A stretch of 64,000 bases of DNA from the NCBI GenBank assembly GCA_051530055.1, contig CM121342.1, positions 62,001 to 126,000 on the forward strand, read 5' to 3'. This document shows, piece by piece, positions 26,141-37,149 of this stretch. The position numbers were made by a program, and so were the translations under genes. Below the pieces are notes generated by a model. The model saw only the letters and a program-made list of their open reading frames with translations, searched no databases and was not told where the DNA came from. How positions within the stretch are numbered: position 1 is the first letter of the stretch; each line of letters opens with the position of its first letter. The DNA is from Neoechinorhynchus agilis. Its lineage: Eukaryota; Animalia; Acanthocephala.

Positions 26141-26259
26141 TGTTATAATATATGCCTGAACTAGGTTTTATTGAGCCAACGAAACGAAATAACAAAACGA
26201 ACGTGCGCACACTTGAAATCGCCACTATCGATCGGTCAATTGTGACGCTCAATATCACA
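26141..26259 (-). repeat. 5' LTR (119 bp)
   Basis: TGTGATA...TATAACA with internal AATAAA, followed by gag. Confidence 0.92.
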
Positions 26260-26460
26260 TTCTGTACCATTTGCGTTAACAATCATCAACTGGTTGCTTA
26301 CATCCGGATCGTCGATTGTTTTCTCTTGACTAAGCTGTTGACATTCGTTGTCATTTTTGCGAAGAATATCTGAAGCGGAGGGAGCGCATGGCCCCGGCGG
26401 AGGGGAAATAACTACAGGCTTCGAAAGTTCAATAGCGTTGTTTGTGGTTTTAGACAAGGT

Positions 26461-26510
26461 AATAGCTACGTCCACCGTTTACCCGCGCTTAAATTAACTT
26501 CTTCACTTTA

Positions 26511-26541
<31 letters not shown>

Positions 26542-26715
26542 CGTCAACACCGATTACAGCTATCGCAATGCTTTGTTTTAATTAAACAGTTGGATTCCCC
26601 TTGTCCATACCAGTTCTAGGGCAGCAGTTTAACGTTAATCGGATCCCCGCGCAAGAAGCGAGCGTGCCCGTTTGGATACGCCGAACAAACGCGGAACATA
26701 GCTATCGCTGCCCAC
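26461..26715 (-). rRNA. 28S rDNA fragment running up to ~10 nt before the R2 site
   Basis: Reverse strand: CTAGAACTGGTATGGACAAGGGGAATCCAACTGTTTAATTAAAACAAAGCATTGCGA..GGTGTTGACGCAATGTGATTTCTGCCCAGTGCTCTGAATGT..GCGCGGGTAAACGGTGGACGTAGCTATTAC. Confidence 0.93.
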
Positions 26716-26721
26716 AACAAT

Positions 26722-26995
26722 TTGCCGATTATTACAAAAGAGGAAATTGAAATCACTGTCCGAGGAATAAAACCAGGAAGTGCACTCGATCCGGATAAAA
26801 TATCGCTGCGAAACATAAAGGCATTCGATCGCGATATTATTGGATTAACCTTTCTTTTTAATTCTATATTGCAACAAGGACATCCTCCAAAAACATGGCT
26901 GGAGAACAAAACAATTCTCCTACCAAAGAACAACTCAAGCTCTCGAGCATATACGGATCCAAAATCTGTGCGGCCGATCACCATATCTTTGATTT
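26722..26995 (+). mobile_element. R2-like RT N-terminal fragment
   Basis: ITKEEIE...GIKPGSALDPDKI...LFNSILQQGHPPKTWLENKTILLPK...RPITI, similar to copy B. Confidence 0.78.
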
Positions 26996-27600
26996 TACTA
27001 AGTCAAATTTTTGCACACAAAAATCCTTCAGTTCACCGGTCGTGGTACAAGGTAATGAGTCTAAATGCTTCATAAAAGCTCTTATGAACTTTGGCTTATG
27101 TTCGGGGATGTCGAACTCTTAAGAAAAAACCCATGCTTTCGCTAATGATTGTATGTTTCTAACATTCAATCAACGTTTACTAGCATAAATCGCCTTATAT
27201 TTTTCTATTTTTAGATTTTTACTTTTTTGTTAACATTAATTTTGGGTAAAAGATTTACATTGAAAAGGTGCCTGAGAATGCGTAAATTGTGTGAGGTGTT
27301 AGTAATAATTGTTTGGAAATTGATATTGGGGACATAAAATCATCAAAGAAATATTTAAGATCTTCATGAAGCCGACTAGAAAGGACTAAAATGCACTGTG
27401 ATTTGGATAGACTTAATAAAATCAGATAATCAATACATTGCTCTATTGTGAGTTTCTCCTTAGCCACCCTGTAGGTTTTATTTACAAAAATTATATCATC
27501 AGCATAACACGTCAATGAGGCTGCGGTACACTAGTCAGAGGATAAAGTAGGGTACTCGACGGGGAATCATCATAAGAGAAAGATTTCGTGAATATGATAT
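26995..27600 (-). mobile_element. APE-type LINE RT/3' fragment (related pieces at 22330-22480 and 38035-38500)
   Basis: SVPQ..CYADDIIF. The DNA at 26995-27110 closely matches 22370-22480. Confidence 0.55.
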
Positions 27601-27933
27601 TATAGGTTCTGGAGATTGCATTGTGAAGAATGCAAAAAATTATAGAATTTCCCTAATAAAATGGAGAGCTATTTTGTCAAATTTCTGAGACAATCCCACG
27701 GCAAAAATAGACCGTTTTTATTATGCGTGAGTTACTAAAACTGGATCACTCAAATTGTTTAACACGTAATTAAAATTTATTAATGACGGCAAAAAAAGTT
27801 TTGATTACGTAACCCGATCTTTTGGATGACGTCACTAAAAATTTTGATGTCGTAACTCACATTTGTTGATGACGTTTTAGCGGCGTCACGTTGAACGGAC
27901 CAAGTATTTTATTGTAATATCTACATTGGTCAA

Positions 27934-29425
27934 ATGCTTGTTGTCCTTTCTTCATTCGGCGAAAGGAAACTTCTTCCGGCTGCCCGTCATTCACGTGGAA
28001 GAAGTCGCCGCCACACTACAAACAGATTTGCACACATACTCGTGGATCTCGTAGGCCCTCTCCCACCTTCTCAGGGATTCACACACTTGTTGGCGATAAT
28101 AGATCGGTTCAAATGTCAGTTCATTAAAAGAGTGGTAAAGTATTTGGGCTATATGTTGGTTGATGGCAAGTTGTGTGCAAACAGCGAAAAAGTAGATGAC
28201 TTACAAAGAGCAATGGGACCCAGGAACAAAAGAGAGCTGCGTGCGTTTTTGGGAACTGCGAACTTCCTGGATCGCTTTATTCCGAACTTTCAGGCGATCT
28301 GCGCACCCCTATATGATTTGATTAAGACAAAAGCTGTTTGGATATGGCGGAAGGAGCAGACAGCGGTGTTCGAGCGCGTCAAGGAAGCTATCGCGAATCA
28401 CATTTCTTTAAAATTATATGACGAAAAGAAAGCACTAATTTTGGCGTGCGATGCAAGTGACTATGGTATTGGAGCCGCCTTATTTCAGACCGACGGTCGT
28501 GGACCCAGGGAAGCGCCAATCATGTTGACGTCACGAAAACTTAATCCCACGGAAGTGCAAGCGTTTTCATAAATACCTTTATGGGCGACATTTTGTGTTA
28601 GAAACTGATCACCAACCGTTAAAGCACATATTCGGGTACCAGAGGGACCTCAGCAAGATGACCAACGGAAGATTAGTGCGTTGGGCGATAATGCTAAACG
28701 AATATAACTTCGATATAAGATACGTTAAAGGAAAAACAAATTTGTATGCTGACTGCTTATCGAGGTTACCGAACGATCAGAAGAAATTTACTGTTAATTC
28801 AGTAGATGTAAAGTTACTAGCTGCAAATCACCAACAACGCGTTGAGGAGATACAGTTGTCGCGAAAAACGCTCGAGTTAGCAACTAAGCAGGATCGGACG
28901 TTCAAAAAGCTGCGGCAGCAATTGAAATACGGCTGGTCATCTAAAATGGACAGAGTTGATGATGCATACTGGAACCGGAGGGACGAATTGGCGGAGGAAA
29001 ACGGCCTTATGTTATATCAACATAAGCTCGTTATTCCGAAATGTTTGCGAGTGAAGGTACTCGAAAACCTCCACTAGGGACACCCGGGAATAGAGTCGAT
29101 GAAAAGACTCAGTAGACATGTTGTGTGGTGGCCACGAATTGGGGACGACATTGAAAGGTACGTGGGAAGATGCACACATTGTCAAAAATCGAGACCCGCG
29201 ATGCCGAAAGAGCCACTGTTCAGATGGGACATACCACGCCGTGTGTGGAGCCGGTTACATTTGGGTTTGGCGGGCCCAATAAAGAACAAGATGTTCCTGA
29301 TTCTGGTTGATGCTACAAGCAAATGGGTGGAGATATGGAATTTGGGTGAAAAGTCGACTACATCGAATATCATATACAATCTTAAAGATTGTTTTGCGAG
29401 GTTTGGCGTGCCCAATACAATCCGT
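27934..29425 (+). mobile_element. Ty3/gypsy pol fragment (RT end, RNase H, integrase N-terminal half)
   Basis: VKYLGY, ELRAFLG, LACDASDYGIGA, ETDHQPL, H.GHPGIESMK...VWWP...CTHCQ, VDATSKWVE. Confidence 0.88.
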
Positions 29426-30147
29426 GCCGTCATTGTACCTGCAAAAAAGAGACAGTAATGCATGCCCTTAACGAATGTGACAGTCATATCGACAATGATT
29501 GATCGACACGACCGAGTACAATAAAGGGTTATTTGGTCGCTTCAAAAGAAATTTCAAGGCCGGTAGAGAATTCTCCAAGATAACCGGATAACAACCGATG
29601 GCAAGCTTTACAAGCCCGATTTGATAATAGAAGATGTAAGAAATGAAGATGTCTTTATAGTCGACACCGCAGTTTACTACGAAACCTCACTAGAAAGAGC
29701 CGAGGAAATATCCACAGCTAAAGAAAAATACAACGCTATAAAAGAAACAGTTGCACAATAATTCAACACCAAAGTCTACAAAGTGCATACTGTAGGCCTC
29801 GCTATTGGCTCAAGGGGAACCTACAGTTCTGCTCTGCTCTGCTCAAGAGGCTCAGAATATTCAACATAGAGGGACGAACTGCGATTAATATGGCAAGAAC
29901 AGCCGCAGTAAGTTCGCCACGCGTATTCCATCACTTTAAGGGAAGATATTATCGACGGCGATCTAAATCTGCATCGCTTAAGTAAAAAGCAACTGCTTCA
30001 ATAATAGAGTTGATCTAAATCGCTAGGTATTAACAATCCAACAATATTTCAAAGATAGAAATTTAATTATGAAGACGATTTAACTCAGTATTTACTTCTA
30101 AGAACTGTAACCTTGTAAATTCAAATTTTATTGAATAAATACGCCTC
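29425..30147 (+). mobile_element. 3' end of an R2-like element (CCHC, RLE, 3' UTR) ending exactly at the R2 site
   Basis: RHCTCKKETVMHALNEC, LYKPDLIIE..IVDTAVYYE..KEKY, GLAIGSRG; UTR ends ..AATAAATACGCCTC|TAGCCAAATGCC. Confidence 0.87.
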
Positions 30148-30179
<32 letters not shown>

Positions 30180-30214
30180 TGCATGAATGGATTATTGAGA
30201 TTCCTACTGTCCCT
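30148..30214 (+). rRNA. 28S rDNA fragment, +1 to +67 from the R2 nick site
   Basis: TAGCCAAATGCCTCGTCATCTAATTAGTGACGTGCATGAATGGATTATTGAGATTCCTACTGTCCCT. Confidence 0.95.
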
Positions 30215-31004
30215 TAAATCGTTTTATTTTCAGGATGATCCCACCCAGCTCTGTTATTTCCAAACACGTGGTCTTCCCCAGGGATATCCATTATCGCCAA
30301 TTCTATTTTGTCTAGTGTCCCAATATCTTATTCAGAATTGTTCTGTCTGCCGTTCACTTGTACTTTATGCCGATGATCTTGCAGCTGTAATTCGGGAATC
30401 TAACTGTCTTCGCTCTTTATAAGGTCATGTCCTTAATTAATTTTTTTAAAAGCTCACTTTCTCGTATGGGACTTTCTTTAAATCCTACGAAGTCAAAATT
30501 TATTCTTAAATCTAGGTCGGGTTTGAGTAAACGCAAAATCAGGGAGTTTTTATGCATTTTATAATTCCGATTCTCTACCTTCTTATAATAAGATAAACAT
30601 CTTAGGACATATTTTTACGGCAAATTTATCTTGCACCGCCGATATCAATAAACTAAAAAGGCTTTTAAAGGTTGCCCGTGTCAAGGCTAAACGCGCGTTT
30701 AGTCTTGGAATATGCTTACAAGCGACAAAAAATATCTGGAATTCTTGGGCTATCTCTGGCCTAGTGTTCTATTCCAGAGGGAGACCGCCTGAACAACGCC
30801 TGAAATTCCAAATACCTTTCTCAACGCCCTGGCCAAACTACCTTACCCTTGGGGAAAGTTCCCTCGCTGGGCCGCGGAAAAAATGAACAAATGGATCGAC
30901 ATTTCCAAGGACTACATAGGATGTACGTCCTAAAAGTCTCCACAGTTTATTATGCTACGTGCTTCGTTTTCGAATAAATCGATTATTATTAAGTGGTTTG
31001 CCAC
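30215..31004 (+). mobile_element. APE-type LINE (RGRPPE family), fragment truncated at both ends
   Basis: KSFYFQDD..RGLPQGYPLSPILF, LYADDL, WAISGLVFYSRGRPPEQRL; homologous to 47167-47870. Confidence 0.85.
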
Positions 31005-31049
31005 GAAGAAATTAATTTTAGCGCCAGTAAACGGTGGACGTAACTATTA
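31005..31049 (+). rRNA. 28S rDNA fragment ending ~11 nt before the R2 site
   Basis: GAAGAAATTAATTTTAGCGCCAGTAAACGGTGGACGTAACTATTA matches the 26461 piece at 40 of 45 positions. Confidence 0.85.
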
Positions 31050-33000
31050 ATTCCTGGCAAAAATCTACAGAGAAAACTGGCATCGTATATTCGGAGTCAA
31101 TAGTGGCCCGCGTTCATCGGTTACTAAGCACTCATCTTTAGATGACGCTCATCGTACTGATCAACAGCAACACCAACATCATGAATTAAACAAACAACAG
31201 CAAACCAAGTGTGGCCAAAGACCGAGCAGCAATAATCCAACAGGCAAAACAATAAGAATTCATTACCCGATCGATCAAATCAACACGCTTCTTTGCCTGG
31301 CATGCAGTCTCGGATGTGTTGGACAGTCAAAATTTAAGCTACTACTCGCGCACCTCCACGGGGCCCATGAATTTGCGGAGGTTATTTGGATCTGTCCTAT
31401 TTGTGACCGTTTCGAGCATCGCGAATCTCGGAGTGTTGGACTACATTTCCGACGATGCAAAGCAATCCAACTTGAAAAATTCAGAAACTTGGTTTTGAGT
31501 TCTTCGAATCCTCATTGCAATGTTAATCCGGCAGTCTCCGCAATCATTTTTTACAAATCAGGAGAGGACGATCCGGCTGCTTGTCCATCATGTGAACTTT
31601 TACTGGTTGGAAAAGGAGGTTATAGCGCTCTTGTGAGCCATCTGGAAGACGCCCACAAATCAAACTCGATTATCTTTCAATGTCCAGCATGCGTTGTTAA
31701 CTATGGTACACTGCCAGCTAATCGGTCACATGTTATGCATTGTCAGACCGCTTCAAAAGATAAAAACTTGAAATCAGCACACAAACCAGAAGACTCAGAA
31801 AACTGCCTTAATTCAAATCGCGCAACCTCAGAAGCTTTTAAAGACTTTTCTCTAAAACGATTGCCAAGGCTATCGGATCTAGGAGGTAATCTTTTACAGC
31901 ACTCGCTTAACAAGACATGCCGAATGGATGATGATTTCAACGATTTTGTTCAGCAGGAAGTAAGGGTTACTACAGAAAGCAGTGACGACACAGGTGTTAA
32001 ATCTTCTCATCTTTCTCTAAATGCTGTGTACAATGACGCTCAATGCAATGGCGATGCATCAACCTCTGAAATTGCCACAGTCAGACCAGCCCCAACTTTT
32101 ATTCCTACCTCAACAATGACGTCTACCTTAAATCCAGTATATACCTCCGCGCAAACCTGTATCAGGTGCCTACACCCAATATTGGGGCATGCGCGTTTTC
32201 AGCACAGGAGGGACACGAACTTATTCTAAACTGTCTTCAACGACGGGATATTCATCCGCGCTAGCGTCATTTCTAAGCAATGAATCTGAAGTGCTACGCA
32301 ATCAAGCTGGTCCAGTGAATCAGGAATTCATCCAATTAAAGAATGCGCGATATCTGTCGTACTTAAAATGTGGGCGACAAGGTTCTCACGAATGCCCGTC
32401 GATGTCCCGCGCGTGCCGTCTCGGCCTCAAAATTATAAAGCTAAAGAAAAATTCAACAATGGTACTGGTGACCGCCGCCTTTCTCGTCCTCGAGAAACCT
32501 ACACAATGGAGGAGAGTAAAGGACCGCATCTTGAACTCTGTTTCACCTCATATAGTAAAAATGATTCCTGATGCAAATCTCACATTAAATCACACACTGG
32601 ATGCTACTAAAAATTACAACGAACTATTAGTTCACTTCATATTGAGGGCCGCAGCGACTGCCTATCAATGCGATTTTGTCGGGCATACTCCAAGCGACGA
32701 TGTTCCTATTCGAATTCGATCTCGCACAGTCAGGTACTTATCCCTTCGAAAGCTCGCGAGGCCTCAAATCAAAGCAGTCACACGACCCTATTAAAGGACG
32801 TTAACCTTCTAAACGACTATGCAATTCCATCCTTAATGGTTAAGCTCGAAGCCTCATGCGACATCGCCCACCAATCTCAGACGTAAAGACGAGCAATGGA
32901 GGTGCAGGCTAAAGAAGATTCTTAAGCTTACAAGGAACTTAGGGGAAGGAGCTTTCGATGAGTGTGAGCTGAGTCTAATCTCTCCAAGTAATGCTTTAGT
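31050..33000 (+). mobile_element. R2-like element copy C, N-terminal part (4 ZF + OTU-like), 3'-truncated
   Basis: CLAC..HLHGAH; ICPIC..ESRSVGLHFRRC; CPSC..HLEDAH; CPAC..HVMHC; LGLKIIK..AAATAYQCDF. Confidence 0.85.
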
Positions 33001-33029
33001 GTGGTAGATGAATAAAGCAAAAATAACTT

Positions 33030-33540
33030 CCATTCAAGGTACAGATGCTTTCTGGAGACGGAGAGCGATATCCTCCATCAATCGGAAGGCTCCATTGGTA
33101 GGGAAAAATACGTTTCCAACAAATTACGTTCACAGACGCTCTAAGATGCCTTCATAAGCCCATAGCTCCAAAATCGCTCACTTCATAGGCGAACAAAAAA
33201 GAACGACACAGGAACATGAAGGCAGCTATAGGAAACAGGCAGCAATTTATAAATGTGGAAAAAAACGAAAGAATTATTGTTTGTGTAATCATTTGGCGCG
33301 CGTTTAAATTTTTATCACTGTTTTTTTAATCGAAAAATAATTTATGAAGAGTAACCATGTAATGTGCTTTTCGAAAGTCTTTTTAAATTAACTGCGATTT
33401 TAATCGTCTTCTTAAGGGTTTTTTTAATGTTCATCATTGAATTTACGGACATTTTTAAGTTTTTCAAATGAAAATTTACAATCGATTTTTAAAGCTGGTA
33501 GAATAAAAAATTCAGTCAGATGAATCGATTGGTACCGTAA
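33030..33540. repeat. Unclassified dispersed repeat, inverted homolog at 40255-40775
   Basis: Shared blocks CTCTAAGATGCCTTCATA, AGCTCCAAAATCGCTCA, GCTCCATTG..AATACGTTTCCAA and ATAGGAAACAG. Confidence 0.6.
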
Positions 33541-33779
33541 TTAGATACGTTAAAAACCACTACGTTTTGAAAAAGGATGCAGCATCCAAAAATTTGCAAC
33601 CTATCTTTGCCGTGGAGAATGACAAGCGGCCACCTTATCTTAAAAAGGTTCACTTAATCTCGGAGAAGAGATCCCAGTAAGGGCTAGGCATAGCATATGA
33701 GCTACGACGTGAATGAGTGCTTATAAATGACGTCAGTCGAAGCTCTCGGAACCCGCTAAGAATTGATGACTAGATTTGT

Positions 33780-34090
33780 TGTCGACGTTTCGGGAAATTA
33801 ACTACATCATTGAAAGTTAAAAAGTGCTGAACATTAGCTGATTGAACGTGTTTTGTTTCGATTGAATTGTATCATAAAAAGAGCCTTGTGACGCTAGCAA
33901 AATTACATTGCAGCACGATGTCAAAAACCTGGGCATACATAGCGTGCCCCCTCTCCAGGAAACCAATGTAAGGGTTAGGTTTAGTATATAAGCTATGACG
34001 AGAGGAAGGCTTGTTGATAACTTCAAGTAAAGCTCTCTTAGCGGGCAGAGAAGCTTTTAAAACGTTCAATGATCCAATAACTTTAAAAAT
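33780..34090 (-). mobile_element. Possible CR1-like RT remnant
   Basis: LLEVINK..RH.....PYIGFLERG resembles the KVLEKVI..QYGF region; weak match. Confidence 0.4.
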
Positions 34091-34800
34091 GAGCAACGTC
34101 CGCCGTTTATCCATCATCAGTTTAAAAATAAGAACACGTACTCATGCAATATCTTCCAATTTTGAAAAAATAACAAACAGAAATACAGAAATCGACAGCA
34201 GCGTTTTATTCTTGCTTTAGTCTTTTCGTTGTTTTTAACAAAAACATGACGTCATCAGTTCAACAATTAAAACACGTGCTCATCCAATGTCTTCTGATTT
34301 TGAGAAAATTACAAACAGAAAAACATAAATCCACCGAAGTTTTCAGTGCTACTTCTTTTTCGTAGTTTATATTGAAAGCATTACGTCATCAGTTTGTAAA
34401 TTAGAACACGTGATCATGCAATATTTTCATATTTATTGCAAATAACATGCAAGAAAACAGAGATCGACTGCGGTGTTTTATTGGTGCTATAGTTTTTTCG
34501 TTTTTTACATCGAAAACATGACTCGATCGGCCATTTTGAGCAAATAACCTACAGGAAAACAAAATCGAGCGCAGTATATTATTGCGCCTTTACTTTTCTC
34601 GTTGTTTATATCGAAACCATGTTAAATCCACAACGCGTTTACCATTAACAAACTGAAAGTTACGTCCGCTGTTTGCTTGTTGCAAAAACGTCATCAGTTT
34701 AAAAATTGAAAAAGGTGCTCATTCAATATCTTCTGACTTATAGCAAATAACATACAGGAAAACAGAAATCGACGGCAGTGTTATATCGCTGCTTTATTTT
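34090..34800. repeat. ~135-bp satellite array, left part
   Basis: ACACGT.CTCATGC at ~34135, 34272 and 34406 (134-137-bp spacing). Confidence 0.85.
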
Positions 34801-34804
34801 TTTT

Positions 34805-37145
34805 CGTCGTTTGTGTCGTCGGTACTTGGTTGAGGCGCTGGAGCGGCATGATCTCGTGTCTGCTAACACTTTATTCCGCAAGCGTCCGTGGCGTTTGGTG
34901 ACGTTTATGGGTCAAAAGAATCCGTCCAAACATGCCATGGGAAAAAATCCCACGAGAAGCTTAGCCCAGCTTGACCATATATTGTTGAGACGTAGGGAAA
35001 AATGTCGGGTCCAAAACGCTGACACATTCACAGTTGATGGGTTGCCAACCGACCACAGGTTGGTGATGTGTCAGTTGAGCATAAGTGACTCGTTGTTCCG
35101 TAAGCCTCAGCATCCTCCACGTCTGTTATATGGCGCCCTCGCTAATGAGGAGAAGAGGAAAGAGTTCGATATCGAACTTGAGAATCAACTGAGCTCGATG
35201 CCAGCTGCTGAAACGGATATTGATTTTTATTACAAGTCAATCTGCGACGTAGTGACCGAAGCGGCCGAGAAAACCCTCCCAAAAATGAGGCGTATAAAAG
35301 CTGCAAAGGTTATATGGTAGGAGGACTGTGAATTTATGGCAATGGCAGAGCAGATCAAAACTCTAAGAAAAAGAGGAAAATGATCTGAGGCTCGCATTGC
35401 AAGTCTTGAACTTGCCAACCTCTACAATGAAAAGCAAAAGGCTTCGATAGAGGATGCAGTTCGCGGGATCGCATATAAGGAAGGTTTTGCTCGTACCTCC
35501 TTAGCATGGAGAGCGATAAACACTCTCACAGGAAGATTCCAAAGACAATCAACTTTAATTGAAGGTTCCTCCCCGGAAATCAGAAAAAAGAGAATCGCAA
35601 ATTATTTTGCGGAAATTCTCAATTCGCCATTATCGTCGTTGGAAGTGAGTTCTGCACTTCCAAAAGGCACAATCGTCGCAAGCACTGAGGCATACTTCAC
35701 TGGACCGATTTCCGTGAAGGAAGCGATCGCTGCGGCGAAAATGATGCGTGCGGGACGTGCATCACGCCCAGGTGGGATAATGGCAGTGGTACTGGGGTTT
35801 GAATATATTGCCAGAAAAATCATACCGATTCAAATCTGGCAAACGGCGCATTTAACAATGATCCAAAAGAAATGCTGCTCGACAAAGGTGAGTCTACAGA
35901 GGTATATCCTTGATGTCCAACACGGCAAAACTTTTCAGCAGCATTTTGAGATGCCGAATTCAGCCAATCCTCGAACCGTTTCTAAGAATTGAACAGAACG
36001 GCTTCAGGAAAGGTCGAATTGGCTTCGAGGAGGATCCTCGAGAAGGCACGAATTCATCAAATGGATGTGACGCTGGTATTTGTTGATTTCCGTCGAGCTT
36101 TCGATTCGGTAAATTGAACGATGATTGGCGGTATCTTAAAGGAGTATGGAGTGCTGCCGATCATTGTCACATCCGTTATGGCATTATATAAAAACACAAG
36201 GTCCGCCGTCAAGACAGCTGACGGTTTGACAGAATACTTTTCCACCACTTCAGGTGTTCTGCAGGGCGACACATTGGCTCCTTTCTTCTTCATCTTGGTG
36301 CTTGATTGGGTAATGAGATGGGCACTACAGAATGATGAAGATGGATTTCTTCTGTTGAGGAAAAGAGGTCGTAGGCATCCTGAGATACGCGCCTCCTACA
36401 TGGCATATGCCGACGACATCGTATTGATGTCCTCAACAGTCGAAGGAGCTCAACGCATGCTGAATAGACTGTGCGAGAGGGCGAGTATGATTGGTGGCGA
36501 AGGGCCGAATGGCGTTGAACAATTAAAACAGGTAGAGCGGTATGTCTATCTGGGAGCTACCGTTCCTTAGGTGAGTGCGGATGTCAGCCGACGGAGAGCT
36601 ATAGCTTGGAGAGCAACAGGGCAACTTGAACCACTGTTTGACAGTGGGTCTTTGCCAGATGAACTCCGTTCGCTGCTGTTCAGGACTCGCTACTACATTG
36701 CAGAGACCTGGACACTGTCACCAACGGCGACGAGGCAGTTGGACCAACATCATTCATGTCGCTTACGTGCGGCGTTCAACGTCAGATGGTCAGATAAAGC
36801 GACCAACAAAGCACTGTACAAGAGAGCCGGAGTCCAACCGCCCAGTGAATATTTGCGCCGCAGACGGCTGCGGTTCACGGGCAATATAATTCGGTCCGAG
36901 GCATCTTGCCCACAGGTCGTGCAACAGTTCCTTTTCTGGAAGCCAACGACATTGTGTCGTAAAGGCAAAGGGAACTGTCGTACATACGATGACCTGATTT
37001 TAAGAGACGCGAATTACCTGCATAACAGGACTGCTGTCGTGTATTTTAGATCCCTTGCGGAGTCTAATTCTATTTGACGGGCTTATACCTACGGTGCAAC
37101 GTAGGAAAGTACCGTTGCATACAATACACTACAATACAATACAAT
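34805..37145 (+). mobile_element. RTE-clade LINE, 5'-truncated, inserted in the 135-bp satellite
   Basis: APE end (ANTLF, QLDHIL, TDHRLV); RT (VDFRRAFDS, GVLQGDTLAP, AYADD, YVYLG); YIAETWTL; 3' hairpin TGCAACG..CGTTGCA; (TACAA)n tail at 37120-37145. Confidence 0.9.
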
Positions 37146-37149
37146 CGAG

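Larger units (their letters stand above)
22701..26259 (-). mobile_element. Ty3/gypsy LTR retrotransposon (Mag-like), both LTRs present, internally deleted
   Basis: LTRs TGTGATA...TATAACA; 5-bp TSD TTCTG (22696-22700, 26260-26264); PPT GAAGGGTGGTGAT; gag with two CCHC; protease LLDTGS; RT YLDD; RNase H ETDAS; integrase HPG..CPVC and DFEGP. Confidence 0.95.
22480..26460 (-). mobile_element. R2-like element copy D, N-terminal part, split by the gypsy insertion
   Basis: ORF 26236..26475 resumes across the gypsy TSD into ..GLKCPDCDLVTVGKS.. (zinc finger like CPACQLSLLGIG of copy B). Its 5' end joins 28S just upstream of the R2 site. Confidence 0.7.

Noticed and set aside
30148-31049. A ~120-bp R9-style TSD around the LINE fragment
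   Set aside because: The LINE lacks its 3' end here, so the flanks cannot be read as a TPRT duplication.
33030-33540. hAT transposase C-terminus or MITE (with 40255-40775)
   Set aside because: Only a faint FP.I.K.LL resemblance; I found no TIRs, TSD or ERSFS motif.
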